DNA of 55,224 nucleotides from Candidatus Woesearchaeota archaeon (GTDB lineage Archaea; Nanobdellota; Nanobdellia; Woesearchaeales; UBA10216): assembly GCA_016192945.1 (NCBI GenBank), contig JACPTE010000029.1, forward strand, positions 1-55,224, given 5' to 3'. The first letter of the stretch is position 1, and each line of letters begins with the position of its first letter. The notes beneath the pieces are model-generated. The model was given only the letters and a program-made list of their open reading frames with translations. It had not been told where the DNA came from and made no database searches. Both the position numbers and the translations under genes were made by a program. This document shows, one piece after another, positions 29,470 to 39,622 of this stretch.

Positions 29470-29567
29470 TCACCCTTTTTTTTGTTTTTCATAATCACCG
29501 TTAGGTGTGTTTTCTTGCCTTCATTTTACCACCCCCAACACAATTTAATGAAGGCATGACAAACTGG

Positions 29568-29659
29568 TCTCCAATTGCATCTTAAAACGATGCAATTTGG
29601 AGATTTTTTTCTTCTCATAAGAGAACAAGAGATTTTTTTCTTCTCATAAGAGAACAAGA
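29568..29659. repeat. Long hairpin plus tandem 29-bp duplication
   Basis: TCTCCAATTGCATC/GATGCAATTTGGAGA; GATTTTTTTCTTCTCATAAGAGAACAAGA x2 (29602-29659). Confidence 0.85.
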
Positions 29660-29782
29660 CTGAGCGTCAAAAACTACATTACAATCAAAACACTAACAGT
29701 AGTATGCTACCAGTCTCTTACCTGTTGTTTTTGACATTCCCTGTCGCCGGTAACAAACTTCAGCTTCTTGCTCATGGAAGGT

Positions 29783-30493
29783 CTATTTTGTAATCTTCCT
29801 GAGCGTCTTTTCAGTATCCTGCTCAATTCCAAACTTAGAGAAAAAGTCAAGGACATTCTTCACATCCCTTCTCAATAAAGCTTCAGAATTGGGGTCTTTC
29901 AGGGGGGTTGCCTGGGAGAAGTCAATGAATACAGGGCTTTCCCTGTAATTCAGGATGTTGAACTTTGACAGGTCTCCATGGACAAAGCCAGCCTGGTAAT
30001 ACCTGCGCATAAGCTCAACAACAGAACCAAAGAACCTGTCAGGCTGCCTTGGCAATGCATCCTTGACCTTCTGTGCCGCATCATTGTTTCCAATGAACTC
30101 CATTATTATTATGTTCTTCAGGAATGCTATTGGGGAAGGAGCCCTGACACTGCATTCCCTCGCCACCATCAAATTCCTGAACTCACGCTGGGCCCAGGCG
30201 AAAATAACCTCACGCCTCCTCTTTTTAAGCCCGCTGAACCTGGGGTCAGCCCGGATATAGGAGTACATAGTGTTAAAGTCAGATGTCTCAAGCCTGTGAA
30301 TCTTAATCGCAACCTTCTCAGCATTGCCAACCCTGGCAACTGCAGAAAACACATTGCTCTCCTTTCCGATGCTTATTGGCGACAGGCTCTCAAAATCAAA
30401 ATACCTCTCCAGCTTAAAAAGGTTGGCAAAGGTAAACCTGTCAAAAACATCCTGAAATGTCTTGAACTTCTCCCTTGACATGGTGCGAGGCAT
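29783..30493 (-). CDS. rio1: RIO1 family kinase
   Basis: ISIGKESNVF, WAQREFRNL, HGDLSKFNIL, IDFSQ. Confidence 0.93.
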   Translation of the reverse strand: MPRTMSREKFKTFQDVFDRFTFANLFKLERYFDFESLSPISIGKESNVFSAVARVGNAEKVAIKIHRLETSDFNTMYSYIRADPRFSGLKKRRREVIFAWAQREFRNLMVARECSVRAPSPIAFLKNIIIMEFIGNNDAAQKVKDALPRQPDRFFGSVVELMRRYYQAGFVHGDLSKFNILNYRESPVFIDFSQATPLKDPNSEALLRRDVKNVLDFFSKFGIEQDTEKTLRKITK

Positions 30494-30572
30494 AGGAAGG
30501 GCTAATCACGCCGGATATATAAGCGTTTATAAACCAACCCAAAAATTTTTATAGTTGCACAGTTTACTAAGC

Positions 30573-30740
30573 CTGTTACGTCAGATAGCCAAATGGGTCC
30601 TTTCAGAGCATGCCTAAAAGGCTTGTGCAATGACAGGAAGACACTCTTGGCTATAACAGCCCGTCACGAGAGTACCCAATGGAGCATACGGGAATAATCA
30701 ACCCAAGCTATGAGCCTGGGGGTTAGTGTTACGGGCGACA
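30573..30740 (+). ncRNA. Candidate structured ncRNA or leader upstream of dnaG
   Basis: Two stem-closed domains (ATAGCCAA/TTGGCTAT; GCCCGT/ACGGGC) with internal hairpins; strand assumed from the TATA-like element at ~30547. Confidence 0.4.
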
Positions 30741-30921
30741 AACCTTTTATTATTATCATAAAAAAGGCAATAGAACAAGTCAATAATCATTTACATTCAC
30801 CAGATATATCGCATAAGACTGGATATATCCTGCAAGGGGAGTAACCCCCTTTAAGATAGGCGGACAGATTAGCGAAGTCTGAATGCTTGTTCTAATTGCT
30901 AAATCTACGAAGGTGGTTTGA

Positions 30922-32283
30922 ATGGGAAAAATAAGTCCGGTATCCGCGAAATATATAGTGCATTCTACAATAACGATAGAAGGCGTTGTTGACAGGCCCG
31001 ATGTAATAGGGGCTATCTTCGGGCAGACAGAGGGGCTTCTCGGGGCTGATTTGGAGCTCAGGGAGCTGCAAAGGTCAGGCAGGATAGGGAGAATAGAGGT
31101 CAATACAGAGACAAGAAACGGCAAGACAGGAGGCACGATAATAGTGCCCTCATCCCTTGACAAGGCTGAAACTTCAATAATAGCAGCTGCGCTGGAAATA
31201 ATCCAGAGAATAGGGCCCTGCAACGCAAAAATAAAGGTTGACAGGGTAGAGGATGTAAGAATCACAAAAAGAGGATTTGTAATAGAAAGGGCAAAAGAGC
31301 TTCTTAAGCAGCTGATGGACGATGTACTGCCTGATTCGCAGGAGCTCGCGGATGAAGTAATGTTCTCTGTCAGGGTGATGGAAGTCAGGGAATACGGCAA
31401 TGACAGGCTTCCGGCAGGCCCGATGATAGATGAGTCTGATGAAGTTGTTGTTGTGGAGGGAAGGGCAGATGTCCTCAACCTGCTCAAGCACGGTATAAAA
31501 AATTCCATAGCACTGAACGGGACTTCAGTGCCCCAGACCATAATAGACCTCTCAAAGAAAAAGGTAATCACTGCATTTGTTGACGGAGACAGGGGAGGTG
31601 ACCTGATAATAAAGGAGCTGCTGGAAGTGGCTGACATTGATTATGTCACAAAGGCCCCTGACGGCAAGGAGGTTGAGGAAATAACCAAAAAAGAGATACA
31701 CAAGGCCTTAAGAAGCAGAATCTCCGCAGAGCAGGCAAGGTTTGAAATAAGCCCCCGGGGAGACCAATCCAATGGAAGGCGGGGCGAGCAAAGGCAAGGC
31801 CAGTATCAAGAGAGAAGGCCCGAGCCGAGGCAAGAGGCAGGCCAGGAGAGAAATGAGCCGCTTGCCGCAAAGAGGCCTGACTTCAACCAGGAGAAAAAGC
31901 GGGAATTCCCCCCAGAAAGAAGGCCTGAGCCATTCCAAGACAAAAGGCCCACGCCACTGCCCATTCCCATGAGGAAAGACCAGAAACCAGCCATCTCCCC
32001 GAATGAAAGAAAAACATTTAAGGATATGTCAGAAGACCTTATCGGGACAAGGGGGGCATACATCCTTGATGAGAAGCTAAACATACTGGGAAAGGTCCCC
32101 ATGACAGAGCTCAATGTGACCATAACAGAGCTCAACTCTGCCTATGCAATAGTTTTTGACGGCTCAATAGACAAGGACCTGGTAAAAGTTGCAGAAAAGG
32201 CAAATGTGCAGTATCTTGTTGCAATGGATGCCAAGCAGAAGCCAGAAACGAGAATAAACCTTCTCACCATAGGCGAACTTTAG
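30922..32283 (+). CDS. dnaG: Archaeal DnaG (TOPRIM, exosome-associated)
   Basis: [28 protein letters not shown]. Confidence 0.95.
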   Translation: MGKISPVSAKYIVHSTITIEGVVDRPDVIGAIFGQTEGLLGADLELRELQRSGRIGRIEVNTETRNGKTGGTIIVPSSLDKAETSIIAAALEIIQRIGPCNAKIKVDRVEDVRITKRGFVIERAKELLKQLMDDVLPDSQELADEVMFSVRVMEVREYGNDRLPAGPMIDESDEVVVVEGRADVLNLLKHGIKNSIALNGTSVPQTIIDLSKKKVITAFVDGDRGGDLIIKELLEVADIDYVTKAPDGKEVEEITKKEIHKALRSRISAEQARFEISPRGDQSNGRRGEQRQGQYQERRPEPRQEAGQERNEPLAAKRPDFNQEKKREFPPERRPEPFQDKRPTPLPIPMRKDQKPAISPNERKTFKDMSEDLIGTRGAYILDEKLNILGKVPMTELNVTITELNSAYAIVFDGSIDKDLVKVAEKANVQYLVAMDAKQKPETRINLLTIGEL

Positions 32284-32352
32284 TTTTTTCCTTTTTCTTC
32301 GGTTTTTTTCCTCTTCGCAACCTTTAAATAAGCAGCAGACAGAGGGGACTGC

Positions 32353-33624
32353 ATGAAAAAAGGGGCGAGGGCAATGTCGCAGGTTGACTGGATAGTCAGC
32401 CTCGGGATATTCCTGATATACCTCGCATGGTTCTTCCTCTATGTCAGGCCTCTCGTAAGCCCGCCGGTACAGATGGACTCGCTGGTAAGGCTGATGCAAG
32501 ACAAGTTCATTGCCAACACTACTTGGACAATAGACACAGTCCCGCTAATCATATACTCAAACATATCACAGGAATCCTACCCAATCATCGCAGACATGCC
32601 ATTCGGCTGGAACGACACGAGCTTTTCATTTACAGACAACACAACATTCCTTTTTGACAGCAACAAGATTCTGCTATTAAGGAATATGTCAAAGGGAAAG
32701 AATGTCATGATTGCAGCGCACTCAACAGAGAATTACGGCAGGCCCACACCACCCCAGCAGGAGATTTCAGCAGCACAGGACTCTGTGTCAACAGCCGGAA
32801 TAAGGGCTGACTTCAAGGATTCTGTGCTGAGCAGGATATCCTACAAGGACAGCTACATAATCCAGGATTTCAACCTCACAATTAACTCAATGCCAATACC
32901 TCCTGAAAATATCACGACCACCAGAACATCAGCAATCGCTGCATACGGGATTCAGGCGCAGCTCTTCAACCACTCATCATATGTGTTTGCAGGGAATCCT
33001 GCAGTCTACAGCATAATCCGGCTGAACAAGCCGCTTGAAACGCAGCAGAATCTCAGCATTAATGCAATAGCAGCAAACCTAACAAGCTACTACACAGACA
33101 TTTCAGGCGGACAGATTAATTTCAGCGGCGGATGCAGGGATTTTTCCACAAATTACCTGGACATATACGACCAGTCAAAGGGAATATCCCTCATATTCAG
33201 GGAAGAGGCAAACATCAGCCTCTGCCCGCAAAACTACACCCTTAGCGTAAAGGCGTCATTCACGCTGAAAGACGACATCCAATACCAGCTCATAATGCAC
33301 ACAGGAGACTACAACAGCACCCTGAAATACAGGGCAGCATACACATCCAGGTTCGGAATGATAGACAAGCAGGCAGGACTTTCAGCAAGGCTGATAAACA
33401 GGCTGAACTCAACAAACTATTCAGCCATAAAAACAAGCTGGGGATACCCCCCCACAAGGGAATTCAGCTATGCAGTCCTGAACTCAACAGACTCAACACT
33501 ATACAGCTATGAGCCTCTAAAGGCAGACCCAAACTCCAACGTGTTCGCCAGGCAGCAGGATGCAAACCTGCTTGACCAGTATGGAAACCTGCAAAGAGTG
33601 AGGATAAGGGTAAAGGGATGGTAG
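32353..33624 (+). CDS. Surface protein with class III-like signal peptide
   Basis: KKGARA then hydrophobic segment; many N-x-S/T sequons. Confidence 0.65.
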   Translation: MKKGARAMSQVDWIVSLGIFLIYLAWFFLYVRPLVSPPVQMDSLVRLMQDKFIANTTWTIDTVPLIIYSNISQESYPIIADMPFGWNDTSFSFTDNTTFLFDSNKILLLRNMSKGKNVMIAAHSTENYGRPTPPQQEISAAQDSVSTAGIRADFKDSVLSRISYKDSYIIQDFNLTINSMPIPPENITTTRTSAIAAYGIQAQLFNHSSYVFAGNPAVYSIIRLNKPLETQQNLSINAIAANLTSYYTDISGGQINFSGGCRDFSTNYLDIYDQSKGISLIFREEANISLCPQNYTLSVKASFTLKDDIQYQLIMHTGDYNSTLKYRAAYTSRFGMIDKQAGLSARLINRLNSTNYSAIKTSWGYPPTREFSYAVLNSTDSTLYSYEPLKADPNSNVFARQQDANLLDQYGNLQRVRIRVKGW

Positions 33625-33995
33625 GAAAAAAAGGGTTTTTGCGCACAGTAGAAGTCGTGATAGCAATAGCCATGACATTCATATTCCTGATAGTTTTCAT
33701 ACCTGAATATGCATCAACAAAGCCAGCCCTGAAAAACGAAAACGCTCTTGAAACCTTATACAAAAACCCTGATTTCAGGGCGTGCATCACATCAGAAAAC
33801 TCCACATGCATAAACCAGAGCCTCTCAAAAAGGCTTGAAAATTACGACTACGCATTCAACATCTCAAAAAGCCCGGATGAACGCTCAACAAACCTGCCCC
33901 AGAAAAGAATCTTCTCAGAATCAGCATTCATATCAGGAAACAATTCCGCATACGAGCCGAGGATAATGAGAATATACTACTGGGGCAGGGGATAA
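33618..33995 (+). CDS. Type IV pilin-like protein
   Basis: KKG^FLRTVEVVIAI followed by a hydrophobic helix. Confidence 0.65.
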   Translation: MVGKKGFLRTVEVVIAIAMTFIFLIVFIPEYASTKPALKNENALETLYKNPDFRACITSENSTCINQSLSKRLENYDYAFNISKSPDERSTNLPQKRIFSESAFISGNNSAYEPRIMRIYYWGRG

Positions 33996-34029
33996 AAATA
34001 TATATTCTGAAGGACAATTAGTGCTAAAA

Positions 34030-34356
34030 ATGAAAATAACCATAGACACTGAAAAAGACTCTGAGGAAGACATAAAAAGCGCTATACAGCTGCTTGAGAA
34101 GATAATAGGCGAAACTCCAATGCCCCCTGCTCCAGAGCCAGCCGAACCCCGGGAAACTGAGGAAGCCAAGCCAGCCACAATACAGGAACAGCCATCCGGC
34201 AAAGAGCAGGAAGAGGCAGAGCAGCTGCTGAACCAGATAATGAGAGGCAAAATAAAAAAGGGCGACAATGGCAAAAACAGGGAAGACAGCCTGCCAGGAA
34301 TCCCGAAATCAGTGAAGGAAGCCTACGAGCTGGCAGAAAATCTGGAAACATACTGA
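34030..34356 (+). CDS. Hypothetical acidic protein
   Basis: MKITIDTEKDSEEDIK...; stop is 1 nt from the archease start. Confidence 0.7.
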   Translation: MKITIDTEKDSEEDIKSAIQLLEKIIGETPMPPAPEPAEPRETEEAKPATIQEQPSGKEQEEAEQLLNQIMRGKIKKGDNGKNREDSLPGIPKSVKEAYELAENLETY

Positions 34357-34357
34357 A

Positions 34358-34789
34358 ATGGAAAAGAAATACGAATTCCTTGAGCACACAGCAGACGCCA
34401 AGTTCAGGGCATACGGAAAAAACCTCCAAGAGGCATTTGCCAATGCAGCCATAGCAATGACAAACATAATGTTTGATACGGAAAAAATAAAGCCGCTACT
34501 GAACAGGGCAGTGGATATAAAGGGAGATGACCTTAAGTCGCTGCTAGTGAATTTCCTCAGCGAATTCGTCTATCTGCTGGACGCAGAGGGATTCATACTG
34601 GGCAGGATAGCGAGCCTCACAATAAACAAGACAAGCCAGGGATACAGGCTGGCGGCAATAGCAAAGGGAGACAAATACTCAGACAAGTACGAAACAATGG
34701 GCGACGTCAAGGCAGTCACCTACGCAGAGATGGAGATAAGGGAGGAGGATAAGGGAAAGTGCTGGGTGCAGGTGGTTGTGGACATCTGA
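34358..34789 (+). CDS. Archease (RtcB cofactor)
   Basis: YEFLEHTAD, VKAVTY, VVVDI; directly upstream of rtcB. Confidence 0.95.
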   Translation: MEKKYEFLEHTADAKFRAYGKNLQEAFANAAIAMTNIMFDTEKIKPLLNRAVDIKGDDLKSLLVNFLSEFVYLLDAEGFILGRIASLTINKTSQGYRLAAIAKGDKYSDKYETMGDVKAVTYAEMEIREEDKGKCWVQVVVDI

Positions 34790-34840
34790 TTCTTCCTGGT
34801 TTGAATAACTTTTTAAAGAGAATTAGAAAACAACAATAAC

Positions 34841-36288
34841 ATGGAACTTAAGAAAATTTCAGACTATGAATGGGAGCTGCCTAAAAAAGAGGGCATGATT
34901 GTTCCTGCAAGGATTTTTGCAACAGAAAAGCTGATTGAGAAAATAAAGCTTGACAGGACATTGCTGCAATCTTCAAATGTAGCTCACCTAAAGGGAATCC
35001 AGAAATATTCTTATGTGATGCCTGACGCGCACGAGGGCTATGGTTTCCCGATTGGAGGCGTTGCGGCATTTGATGTGGAGCAAGGCATAATAAGCCCGGG
35101 TGGCATAGGATTGAACTGAAGGGCTCTTCAGTTCCCTAAGATGATGTCAACTGCGGGGTTCGCCTTGTTCACACAGACTTCACAATAGACCAAGTCATGC
35201 CAAAAAGAACAGAACTTCTCAAGGAGCTTTTTGAGGAAGTGCCTTCAGGGGTTGGAAAAGGAGGCATAACAAAGCTGACAAAAGAAGAGCTGCTTGACCT
35301 GCTTGAAAAAGGCTCTGAGTGGAGCCTTGAAAACGGATACGGGACAAAGGCAGACCTTGAAGCAACAGAAGAAAGCGGGAGAATGAAACAGGCAGACTCA
35401 AGGCAGGTTTCAGAAAGGGCGCTGGCAAGGGGAAAGCCGCAGCTCGGAACCTTGGGGGCTGGAAACCACTTCCTTGAAATACAAAGAATAGACGAGATAT
35501 ACGACGAGGAAGCGGCAGGCGTCCTGGGACTGGAAAAAGGAAAAATAACTGTCATGATTCACTGCGGCTCAAGGGGATTGGGCCACCAGATAGCTTCTGA
35601 TTACATTGAAAAAATGGAAAAGAAATACGGATACTCACACCTGCCTGACAGGGAGCTTGTGAATGCACCCTTGGACTCGGAGCTTGGCCAGCAATATTTC
35701 AAGGCAATGTGCGCAGGAATGAACTATGCGTTCGCAAACAGGCAGATGATAGTGCACTGGGTCAGGGAATCATTCAGGAAAGTCATGGGAACGAGCGAAG
35801 GCATGAGCCAGGTGTATGATGTCTGCCACAACATTGCAAAGATTGAGAATCACAAGGTAGATGGAGAGCCAAAGAAGCTATGCGTGCACAGGAAGGGCGC
35901 AACAAGGGCATTCGGCCCAGGGCACGAGGAGATGCCTGAGAAATACAGGAAAATAGGACAGCCAGTCCTGATACCCGGAAGCATGGGAACTGCAAGCTAC
36001 GTCCTGCTGGGAACAAGGAAAGCAGAGGAGCTGAGCTTCTCAAGCAGCGCACACGGCGCAGGAAGGGCATTAAGCAGGGCAGCTGCAATAAGGCAATTCA
36101 GGGGAGAGCAGGTTGCCAGGGAGCTGATGGCCCAGGGAATAGAGGTAAAGGCGGCAAGCTGGAAGGGAATAGCAGAAGAGGCAGTCCCAAGCTACAAGGA
36201 CATAGACGAGGTTATAAATACCACAGTAAAGTCAGGCATAGGAAAGGCAGTGGCAAGGCTCAAGCCGATCGGTGTTGTGAAGGGGTAA
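34841..36288 (+). CDS. rtcB: RtcB RNA ligase, join(34841..35111,35141..36288), 472 aa after intron removal
   Basis: [15 protein letters not shown], restored [50 protein letters not shown]. Confidence 0.93.
35112..35140 (+). other. Predicted 29-nt BHB mRNA intron in rtcB
   Basis: Helix TAGG/CCTA, bulges AT^T and AG^A, inner 9-bp stem GAACTGAAG/CTTCAGTTC; excision restores frame and motif. Confidence 0.88.
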
Positions 36289-36305
36289 AATTATACGCTT
36301 CCATT

Positions 36306-37292
36306 TTATTTGCAATTAACCTGTGCATACAGCTGCCTGGCAACTTCTGATGTTGCAGCAGGCAAATAAATGTAGAATGATGTGCCCTTTCCCAATTCTG
36401 ATTCTACTTCCATCCATCCCTTGTGCCCAATCACAGTCATCAGCACGCTCTCCACGCCAATCCCGTGGCCCTTAGAGCCCTTTGATGTGAAGTTCCTTTC
36501 CCCGAACACCTTCTCAAGGGTATCCTGGCTCATCCCAATGCCAGAATCTGAAACCCTGACTAAGACATATGATTCTCCGGAAATAGTAATTATATCCCTG
36601 GCTTCCATAGTTATCTCTCCACCACCGGGCATTGCGTCTATCGCGTTACCTATAAGATTCTTTAGTGCAGCCTTCAGCTTAAGCTCATCACCATACACGC
36701 TGAGAGCAGAATTATACAAGCCATTAACACGAACAGGAGCAGAATCTGGTGAATACCCTGCCAATTCATCAACAGCTTCCATGATTATCCTTTTCATAAA
36801 AAGCTCCTCAAATTTGTAATCCTCTGAAGGATTTTGGCCTGCCTGATCACCTGAATCGTCTTCAAGAGTCCTCAGAGATAACTCCAGAATCTCGTTGACT
36901 CGCCCATCAATAGTTTCCAGATAACCCAGGGCCTTTGCCTCGTCAAACCTGCCGCCCTTTATGTTCCTGATGAGCAGCTGTGCAAAGCCTTTTATTGGAG
37001 CAAGATAATTCTTGGCATCATGGGAGAAACGCCTCATCCTTTCCAATGCAGCTTCTGCCTTCCTTGCCCGCTTTTCTGACTCCCCTGCTGATATCCTCAG
37101 GCCTTCATAAGCTGCGTAAAGCCTCTGGTACTCACCCAGAAGCTGCCTGTAATCCTTATTATCCCGCACCAGGCCCTCATTTCCATTGAGCCCTGGCATT
37201 CGTGCAACTACTACATGCGCTGCACCCTGCGCATTAAGATGGGATGCCCTGCTGTACATTTCCTCTCTTACGACAATTCTTGCCAAACTCAT
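36306..37292 (-). CDS. Histidine kinase (HisKA + HATPase_c)
   Basis: SHDAKNYL, NLIGNAIDA, DSGIGM, GHGIG, GKGTSF. Confidence 0.92.
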   Translation of the reverse strand: MSLARIVVREEMYSRASHLNAQGAAHVVVARMPGLNGNEGLVRDNKDYRQLLGEYQRLYAAYEGLRISAGESEKRARKAEAALERMRRFSHDAKNYLAPIKGFAQLLIRNIKGGRFDEAKALGYLETIDGRVNEILELSLRTLEDDSGDQAGQNPSEDYKFEELFMKRIIMEAVDELAGYSPDSAPVRVNGLYNSALSVYGDELKLKAALKNLIGNAIDAMPGGGEITMEARDIITISGESYVLVRVSDSGIGMSQDTLEKVFGERNFTSKGSKGHGIGVESVLMTVIGHKGWMEVESELGKGTSFYIYLPAATSEVARQLYAQVNCK

Positions 37293-37414
37293 AAATATCC
37301 CTCTTCATTCGGCGAATTCAGGGCAATTTATAAAGTTTATATGCCGCGTTCACCATAGAGAATAGGCTGGAATAAAGAGATTAAAACTCATCATATAGAG
37401 AATTGAGCAGATTT

Positions 37415-38023
37415 TTAAGATATCTCAAAGATTTTTTCCTTTGTTGCTACATTAAACACCCTTGACCTGCCTATTAGCTCCTCAATCCCGCGAGCCTCAT
37501 GGATATGCCCGCACAGGACTATGTCAGGCCCCAGCTCATCAATCGCCCTCCTGACCCCGTCGCTTCCGCTTACGAAATCAGAAAGCCTCTCCATCATGCT
37601 TCCGCTTGGATGCACGTGGGTTACCATGACCCTCTTGCCGGAGTCCTTGACACCCTCATGTGCCTTGCTGAGCCTGTAGAAAATCTCACTCTCCTGAAGC
37701 ATATGAACAGGGCCGACATTAGCCCCGCCGCAGCCGAAAAAGCCCACATTCATGTGCTTCATGGAAGCGCCATGCAGGTTAATCACGCCATACTTCTGGG
37801 CCCAAAAGTCAGCAGTGGCAGCACTCTCATGATTTCCCGGTACAAACGCAACCTTTAGCTTGCGGTTGACAAAAGGGCCAAGGATGTAATCAAGCTTGGT
37901 CTCAGCATAAGTGAGGTCCCCGCACAATATGACAAGGTCTACCTTCTCCTCAAATGCCTTCTCAGCCATCCTCTTGGCCAGCCTTGAATCACCATGAATA
38001 TCTCCAACAGCAAGTATTTTCAT
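37415..38023 (-). CDS. Metallophosphoesterase
   Basis: GDIHG, CGD, PGNHE, CGHIHE. Confidence 0.9.
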   Translation of the reverse strand: MKILAVGDIHGDSRLAKRMAEKAFEEKVDLVILCGDLTYAETKLDYILGPFVNRKLKVAFVPGNHESAATADFWAQKYGVINLHGASMKHMNVGFFGCGGANVGPVHMLQESEIFYRLSKAHEGVKDSGKRVMVTHVHPSGSMMERLSDFVSGSDGVRRAIDELGPDIVLCGHIHEARGIEELIGRSRVFNVATKEKIFEIS

Positions 38024-38079
38024 AGCAGTAAAGCAGTGAAAAAGCATTTAAAAAGCTTTGCTTTTCAAAGAATGTAAAG

Positions 38080-38652
38080 CTACCTTTCTATAATCTCAAT
38101 CTTCTCTTCAGCAAGCTTCACTATTGCTGATGGCTTTCCCTTCTTCTCACCCTCGTAAATCGCAAAGTCCAGCCTGGAGGCAATCCTGCTGTCAACATTC
38201 TCTATGGATGTCATGAAATCCTGGCCTGAAACATTCGCGCTGGTAGTGACAACCGGAATGCCAATCTCCTCAACAACCTTGCTGAACCAATGCCTTGGAA
38301 TCCTGATGCCCAAAGTATCGCTTCCAAGGTTAACCTCCTTTGAAACTGCATTAAAGTTTGACAGCTTCAATATCAGCGTATAAGGGCCTGGAAGCCTCTC
38401 AACCCACTTCACAGCATCTGCTGAAACAATGCAGTTGTCATAAATCCACTTCTTTGAAGGCGCAATCACAGAAAAGGGCATGCTGGACCTCTGCTTTACA
38501 ACCCTAAGCTTCTCAACAGCAGCAGAATTGGTGGCATCGCAACCCAGGCCATAAATGGTATCAGTGGGATGAATAAAAATCCCGCCATTCAGAACCATGC
38601 CAAAATACTTATCCTTGCCCAGGGCAAGCTCCTGCCTGTTAATTACATCCAT
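38080..38652 (-). CDS. sua5: Threonylcarbamoyl-AMP synthase (TsaC/Sua5, YrdC domain only)
   Basis: PTDTIYGLGCDA, PGPYTLIL, TTSANVSG. Confidence 0.92.
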   Translation of the reverse strand: MDVINRQELALGKDKYFGMVLNGGIFIHPTDTIYGLGCDATNSAAVEKLRVVKQRSSMPFSVIAPSKKWIYDNCIVSADAVKWVERLPGPYTLILKLSNFNAVSKEVNLGSDTLGIRIPRHWFSKVVEEIGIPVVTTSANVSGQDFMTSIENVDSRIASRLDFAIYEGEKKGKPSAIVKLAEEKIEIIER

Positions 38653-38730
38653 GAGCAATGGCTAACCACGACTTTTTAAAAACTTTACTTTAAACAATAT
38701 TAAAAGTATATGCTTTGCAATAAAAATCAA

Positions 38731-39141
38731 TCAAAACTTTATAATCCTTATCTTGTCCTGCCTTGCAGGCAAAATAAAATGCTCATCAGATGTTAATATA
38801 TTGATATGCCCTGTAGAAATTGCTGTTGCCAAAATCACCGAATCTTCAGTAGGCATATTATAAGTGTGGCCTAACCTGCCAGCTAAAAAGGCAATCTTTG
38901 GCGTCAGGTCAACGGTAATTATTTTTTCAGATTTTTCCAAATCCTCCACGAAATTCTCAAATTCCCTGCTTAAATTTTTTCTTAAAAACCTCTTGCATAA
39001 TTCAGCAACTACGATTGTAGGAATAACTAATTTGCTTTTTCCTTCAGAAAACTCCCTCCAAATTTTCCCTGCTTTTTCTTCTTTCTCTTCCACCAACTGA
39101 ATAAAAAACCAGCTATCTGCCGTATAATCCATTTTTGTCAA
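38731..39141 (-). CDS. VapC PIN toxin
   Basis: ADSWF, VVAEL, DSVILATA, LTSDEHF. Confidence 0.88.
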   Translation of the reverse strand: MTKMDYTADSWFFIQLVEEKEEKAGKIWREFSEGKSKLVIPTIVVAELCKRFLRKNLSREFENFVEDLEKSEKIITVDLTPKIAFLAGRLGHTYNMPTEDSVILATAISTGHINILTSDEHFILPARQDKIRIIKF

Positions 39142-39395
39142 TCTTCCCGATTCTTATCATGCCTGTCTTTTTGAATCTCTTCCCAATCTTTTTCAGTAAA
39201 TTTTGCCTTTCGCAATGCATTCAGAATGCGGTCTTCCGGAGTTCCATTCATAGTTGGCATTCTTATTATCATTTCCCCTTCAGTGTGAATAATCCTCAAG
39301 GTTTGGTTTGGAACAAGGCCTTCCTTCTCCCTTATTTCCTTAGGTATCACTATCTGCCCTCTCTCTCCTATTTTTACATATTTGCTGATAATCAT
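39138..39395 (-). CDS. AbrB family antitoxin
   Basis: IGERGQIVIPKEIREKEGL; 4-nt overlap with the toxin. Confidence 0.9.
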   Translation of the reverse strand: MIISKYVKIGERGQIVIPKEIREKEGLVPNQTLRIIHTEGEMIIRMPTMNGTPEDRILNALRKAKFTEKDWEEIQKDRHDKNRED

Positions 39396-39430
39396 ACTAT
39401 ATGGAAATATGAATAAATATAAAAAGTTTT

Positions 39431-39622
39431 CTATCTGTAAACTGCGAATTTCTGCCTGTAAAGCCTGGATGATTCCGGGGCGTAAACCTCAAGTATCCTG
39501 CCAAGCTCATTCCTGTATGCGGAGTTTTTCTTTACAGTAGCCAATGTCACGTTCTTGAACTGGCTGAAAAACAGCCTGCCAACAGTTGCCGCGCTGGTAT
39601 CAGCGATTGTCATATTTACCAC
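39431..39622 (-). CDS. Hypothetical protein
   Basis: Short ORF with TATA-like element upstream. Confidence 0.4.
   Translation of the reverse strand: MVNMTIADTSAATVGRLFFSQFKNVTLATVKKNSAYRNELGRILEVYAPESSRLYRQKFAVYR

Noticed and set aside
30573-30900. RNase P RNA, SRP RNA or 5S rRNA
   Set aside because: The GAGGAAAGTCC, SRP helix-8 and 5S signature sequences were not found.
30780-31637. Long antisense ORFs (for example 285 aa opposite dnaG, 222 aa opposite ftsZ, 205 aa opposite the GTPase)
   Set aside because: Antisense shadows of conserved genes with no motifs of their own.
34841-36288. rtcB as a frameshifted pseudogene, sequencing error or intein-containing gene
   Set aside because: The insert is a discrete 29-nt BHB structure whose canonical cut sites restore the motif exactly; both exons are otherwise intact; an intein would be in frame and far longer.
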